This document shows positions 61,932 to 64,000 of a DNA stretch of 64,000 nucleotides, piece by piece. This DNA comes from Pelagibacteraceae bacterium. GTDB lineage: Bacteria; Pseudomonadota; Alphaproteobacteria; Pelagibacterales; AG-422-B15. The notes under the pieces were generated by a model. It was not told the DNA's origin. It saw only the letters and a list, made by a program, of their open reading frames with translations, and searched no databases. The stretch spans positions 39,658 to 103,657 of the forward strand of contig JAYNZW010000004.1 of assembly GCA_038103905.1 (NCBI GenBank), in the 5' to 3' direction. The position numbers and the translations under genes are program-made. The first letter of the stretch is position 1, and each line of letters opens with the position of its first letter.

Positions 61932-63045
61932 TATTTGCACCTAAATCTGATATTTGTTTGACGATTTCGTCTCCCATTTCCTGAGTAGTAAGATTTTTAT
62001 TTTCATCACCAAGCAAATCTTTAGTTTTAAATCCATTTTCAAGAACCTTATTTACAGCTGTACTTATCAAATCAGCTGCTTTGTCCATATTAAATGAATA
62101 TTTCAAGCACATCGCAAAACTAAGAATCGATGCAATTGGATTTGCAATACCTTGGCCAGCTATATCAGGAGCTGATCCATGAACTGGTTCATATAGAGCT
62201 TTTCTGAAGTTATTTTGGTCTATTTCTCCTAATGAAGCAGATGGAAGCATTCCTAAGGATCCAGTAAGCATAGAAGCCTCATCAGATAAAATATCTCCAA
62301 ATAAATTGTCTGTAACAATTACATCAAATTGTTTTGGATTTCTCACAAGCTGCATTGCACAATTATCTGCATACATATGTGAAAGTGAGACATCATTAAA
62401 TTCATTGTCATGAACAAACTGAACCTCTTCTCTCCAAAGAATTCCTGACTCCATTACATTAGATTTTTCACAAGAAACAACTCGATTATCTCTTTTTTTC
62501 GCCAACTCAAATGCAATTCTTGCAACTCTTCTAATTTCGTGCGTTTCATATACTTGAGTATTTATACCAACTCGATTCCCATCGCTCTTAGTTTCAATAC
62601 CTCTTGGTTTTCCAAAATAAACTCCTCCTGTTAATTCTCTAACTATCATTATATCTAAGCCTGAAACTAGATGAGGTTTCAACGAAGAAGCCTCCACCAT
62701 AGACTTAAAACATAATGCCGGTCTAAGATTTGCAAATAAATCTAATTCTTTTCTAATTTTTAGTAATCCTTGCTCAGGTTTCAGAGAAAAATCTAAGTTA
62801 TCCCATTTTTCTCCACCAACTGCTCCGAGTAGAACTGCATGGGAAGATTTAGCTTTCTCTAGAGTCTCATCTGCAAGAGGAACTCCATAACGATCATATG
62901 CTGAACCACCTATATCATCTTTCTCAATATCAAATTGAATATCGAACATTGACGAGATAATTGAAATAACTTTATCAACCTCAATCATAACTTCAGGACC
63001 AATTCCATCTCCCGGAAGAATTAATAATTTAAAATTTTTACTCAT
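61921..63045 (-). CDS. leuB: 3-isopropylmalate dehydrogenase
   Basis: [19 protein letters not shown] and GS.PDIAG.G.ANP motifs. Confidence 0.95.
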   Translation of the reverse strand: MSKNFKLLILPGDGIGPEVMIEVDKVISIISSMFDIQFDIEKDDIGGSAYDRYGVPLADETLEKAKSSHAVLLGAVGGEKWDNLDFSLKPEQGLLKIRKELDLFANLRPALCFKSMVEASSLKPHLVSGLDIMIVRELTGGVYFGKPRGIETKSDGNRVGINTQVYETHEIRRVARIAFELAKKRDNRVVSCEKSNVMESGILWREEVQFVHDNEFNDVSLSHMYADNCAMQLVRNPKQFDVIVTDNLFGDILSDEASMLTGSLGMLPSASLGEIDQNNFRKALYEPVHGSAPDIAGQGIANPIASILSFAMCLKYSFNMDKAADLISTAVNKVLENGFKTKDLLGDENKNLTTQEMGDEIVKQISDLGANNGS

Positions 63046-63668
63046 TTTAATTTATTTCCATATAGCCAGGGAATTTCATTCTCTTGACTTTCTTCGAAGT
63101 ATCCAATTGAAGCTGATTTATTTAAAGTCAGACCAATGTCATCAAGTCCTTCAAGCAAACATTTCTTTTTAGCTGGATCGATTTCAAAACTAATTTCTTT
63201 TTTTTCATTATTCTCTAAGAAAGTTATATTTTGGTTTTCTAAATCTATATTAAAATTTAATGTACTGTCAGATATGTCCTGCAATCTTGAAACTGTAGCT
63301 TCATCAAGGATTATAGGCAAAATACCATTTTTGAAACAATTGTTATAAAAAATGTCTGCATAACTTGGTGCAATTATACATTTAATTCCATAATCAGCTA
63401 TCGACCATGGAGCATGTTCACGAGAGGATCCACAACCAAAGTTTTTGCCCGCTATAAGAATACTAGCACCTTGATACTGGTCTTGGTTAAGAGCAAACGA
63501 ACTAATCTTGTTTCCATCTTGATCATATCTTAATTCGTAAAATAAAAACTCCCCAAGCCCAGTCCGCTTAATTGTTTTTAAGAACTGTTTTGGAATAATC
63601 ATATCAGTATCCACATTAGTTATACGTAGTGGTATCGCATGACCGCTGAGTTTATCAAATTTTTCCAT
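63042..63668 (-). CDS. leuD: 3-isopropylmalate dehydratase small subunit
   Basis: 208 aa with a [15 protein letters not shown] motif. Confidence 0.95.
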   Translation of the reverse strand: MEKFDKLSGHAIPLRITNVDTDMIIPKQFLKTIKRTGLGEFLFYELRYDQDGNKISSFALNQDQYQGASILIAGKNFGCGSSREHAPWSIADYGIKCIIAPSYADIFYNNCFKNGILPIILDEATVSRLQDISDSTLNFNIDLENQNITFLENNEKKEISFEIDPAKKKCLLEGLDDIGLTLNKSASIGYFEESQENEIPWLYGNKLK

Positions 63669-64000
63669 TAAAGATCTCTAAAATCAGTAAGCTTGCCTCT
63701 AATTGCGGCCGCTGCTGCCATTTGAGGACTCATTAAATGGGTTCTGCCACCTCTACCTTGCCTACCTTCAAAATTTCGATTGGAAGTTGAGGCGCACCTT
63801 TCTTGAGGTTGTAACTTATCTGCATTCATCGCTAAGCACATTGAACATCCTGGATCTCTCCAATCAAAACCTGCTTCAATGAAAATCTTATCTAACCCTT
63901 CTTTTTCTGCTTGCTCTTTAACCAAACCAGAGCCAGGAACAATCATAGCATGAACTCCTTTTTCAACTTTTCGGCCTTTTGCGATTTGTGAGACAGCTCT
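63668..64000 (-). CDS. leuC: 3-isopropylmalate dehydratase large subunit, C-terminal part (continues beyond window)
   Basis: Aconitase-family C-terminus ([20 protein letters not shown]). The reading frame stays open to the window edge. Confidence 0.9.
   Translation of the reverse strand, partial: RAVSQIAKGRKVEKGVHAMIVPGSGLVKEQAEKEGLDKIFIEAGFDWRDPGCSMCLAMNADKLQPQERCASTSNRNFEGRQGRGGRTHLMSPQMAAAAAIRGKLTDFRDL

Overview
AT-rich (about 30% GC by eye), very gene-dense stretch of a streamlined alphaproteobacterial chromosome. Gene content and synteny look Pelagibacterales/SAR11-like, but that taxonomic call is inference. I can support about 70 protein genes, one tRNA-Leu(CAA) cut by the window edge, one SAM-II-type riboswitch with its promoter and terminator, and a few other promoters and terminators. 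I see no CRISPR array, transposase, prophage, rRNA or recognisable defence island. Most of the window is core housekeeping: atpHAGDC, mdh-sucCDAB-lpdA, sdhCDAB, leuCDB-asd, rplU-rpmA-obg-proBA-nadD-rsfS-rlmH-ctpA-rppH, argH-lysA, hisC-tyrC, metXW, priA, tal and xerC. The most interesting content is metabolic. (1) Three signature genes of the ethylmalonyl-CoA (EMC) pathway are present: ecm sits divergent from ccr-mcd. They are followed by a HIG1-like mini-protein, a PduO-type cobalamin adenosyltransferase and etfBA. phaA and phaB lie about 11 kb downstream of that cluster. (2) A 657-aa fusion joins a CitE/HpcH-type acyl-CoA lyase/thioesterase domain to a double MaoC (mesaconyl-CoA hydratase-like) domain, wedged between asd and sdhC. 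(3) A 335-bp convergent gap, unusually large for this genome, holds two minus-strand terminators that bracket a GGAGG-led 22-codon ORF or structured RNA. Smaller items include an LptM-like lipoprotein missing from the ORF track, a DUF1015-serC-serA-gpmA-phaA-phaB gene run, and convergent gene pairs that share TTAA stop codons. All functional calls come from reading the translated ORFs against remembered family motifs. No database search was run.
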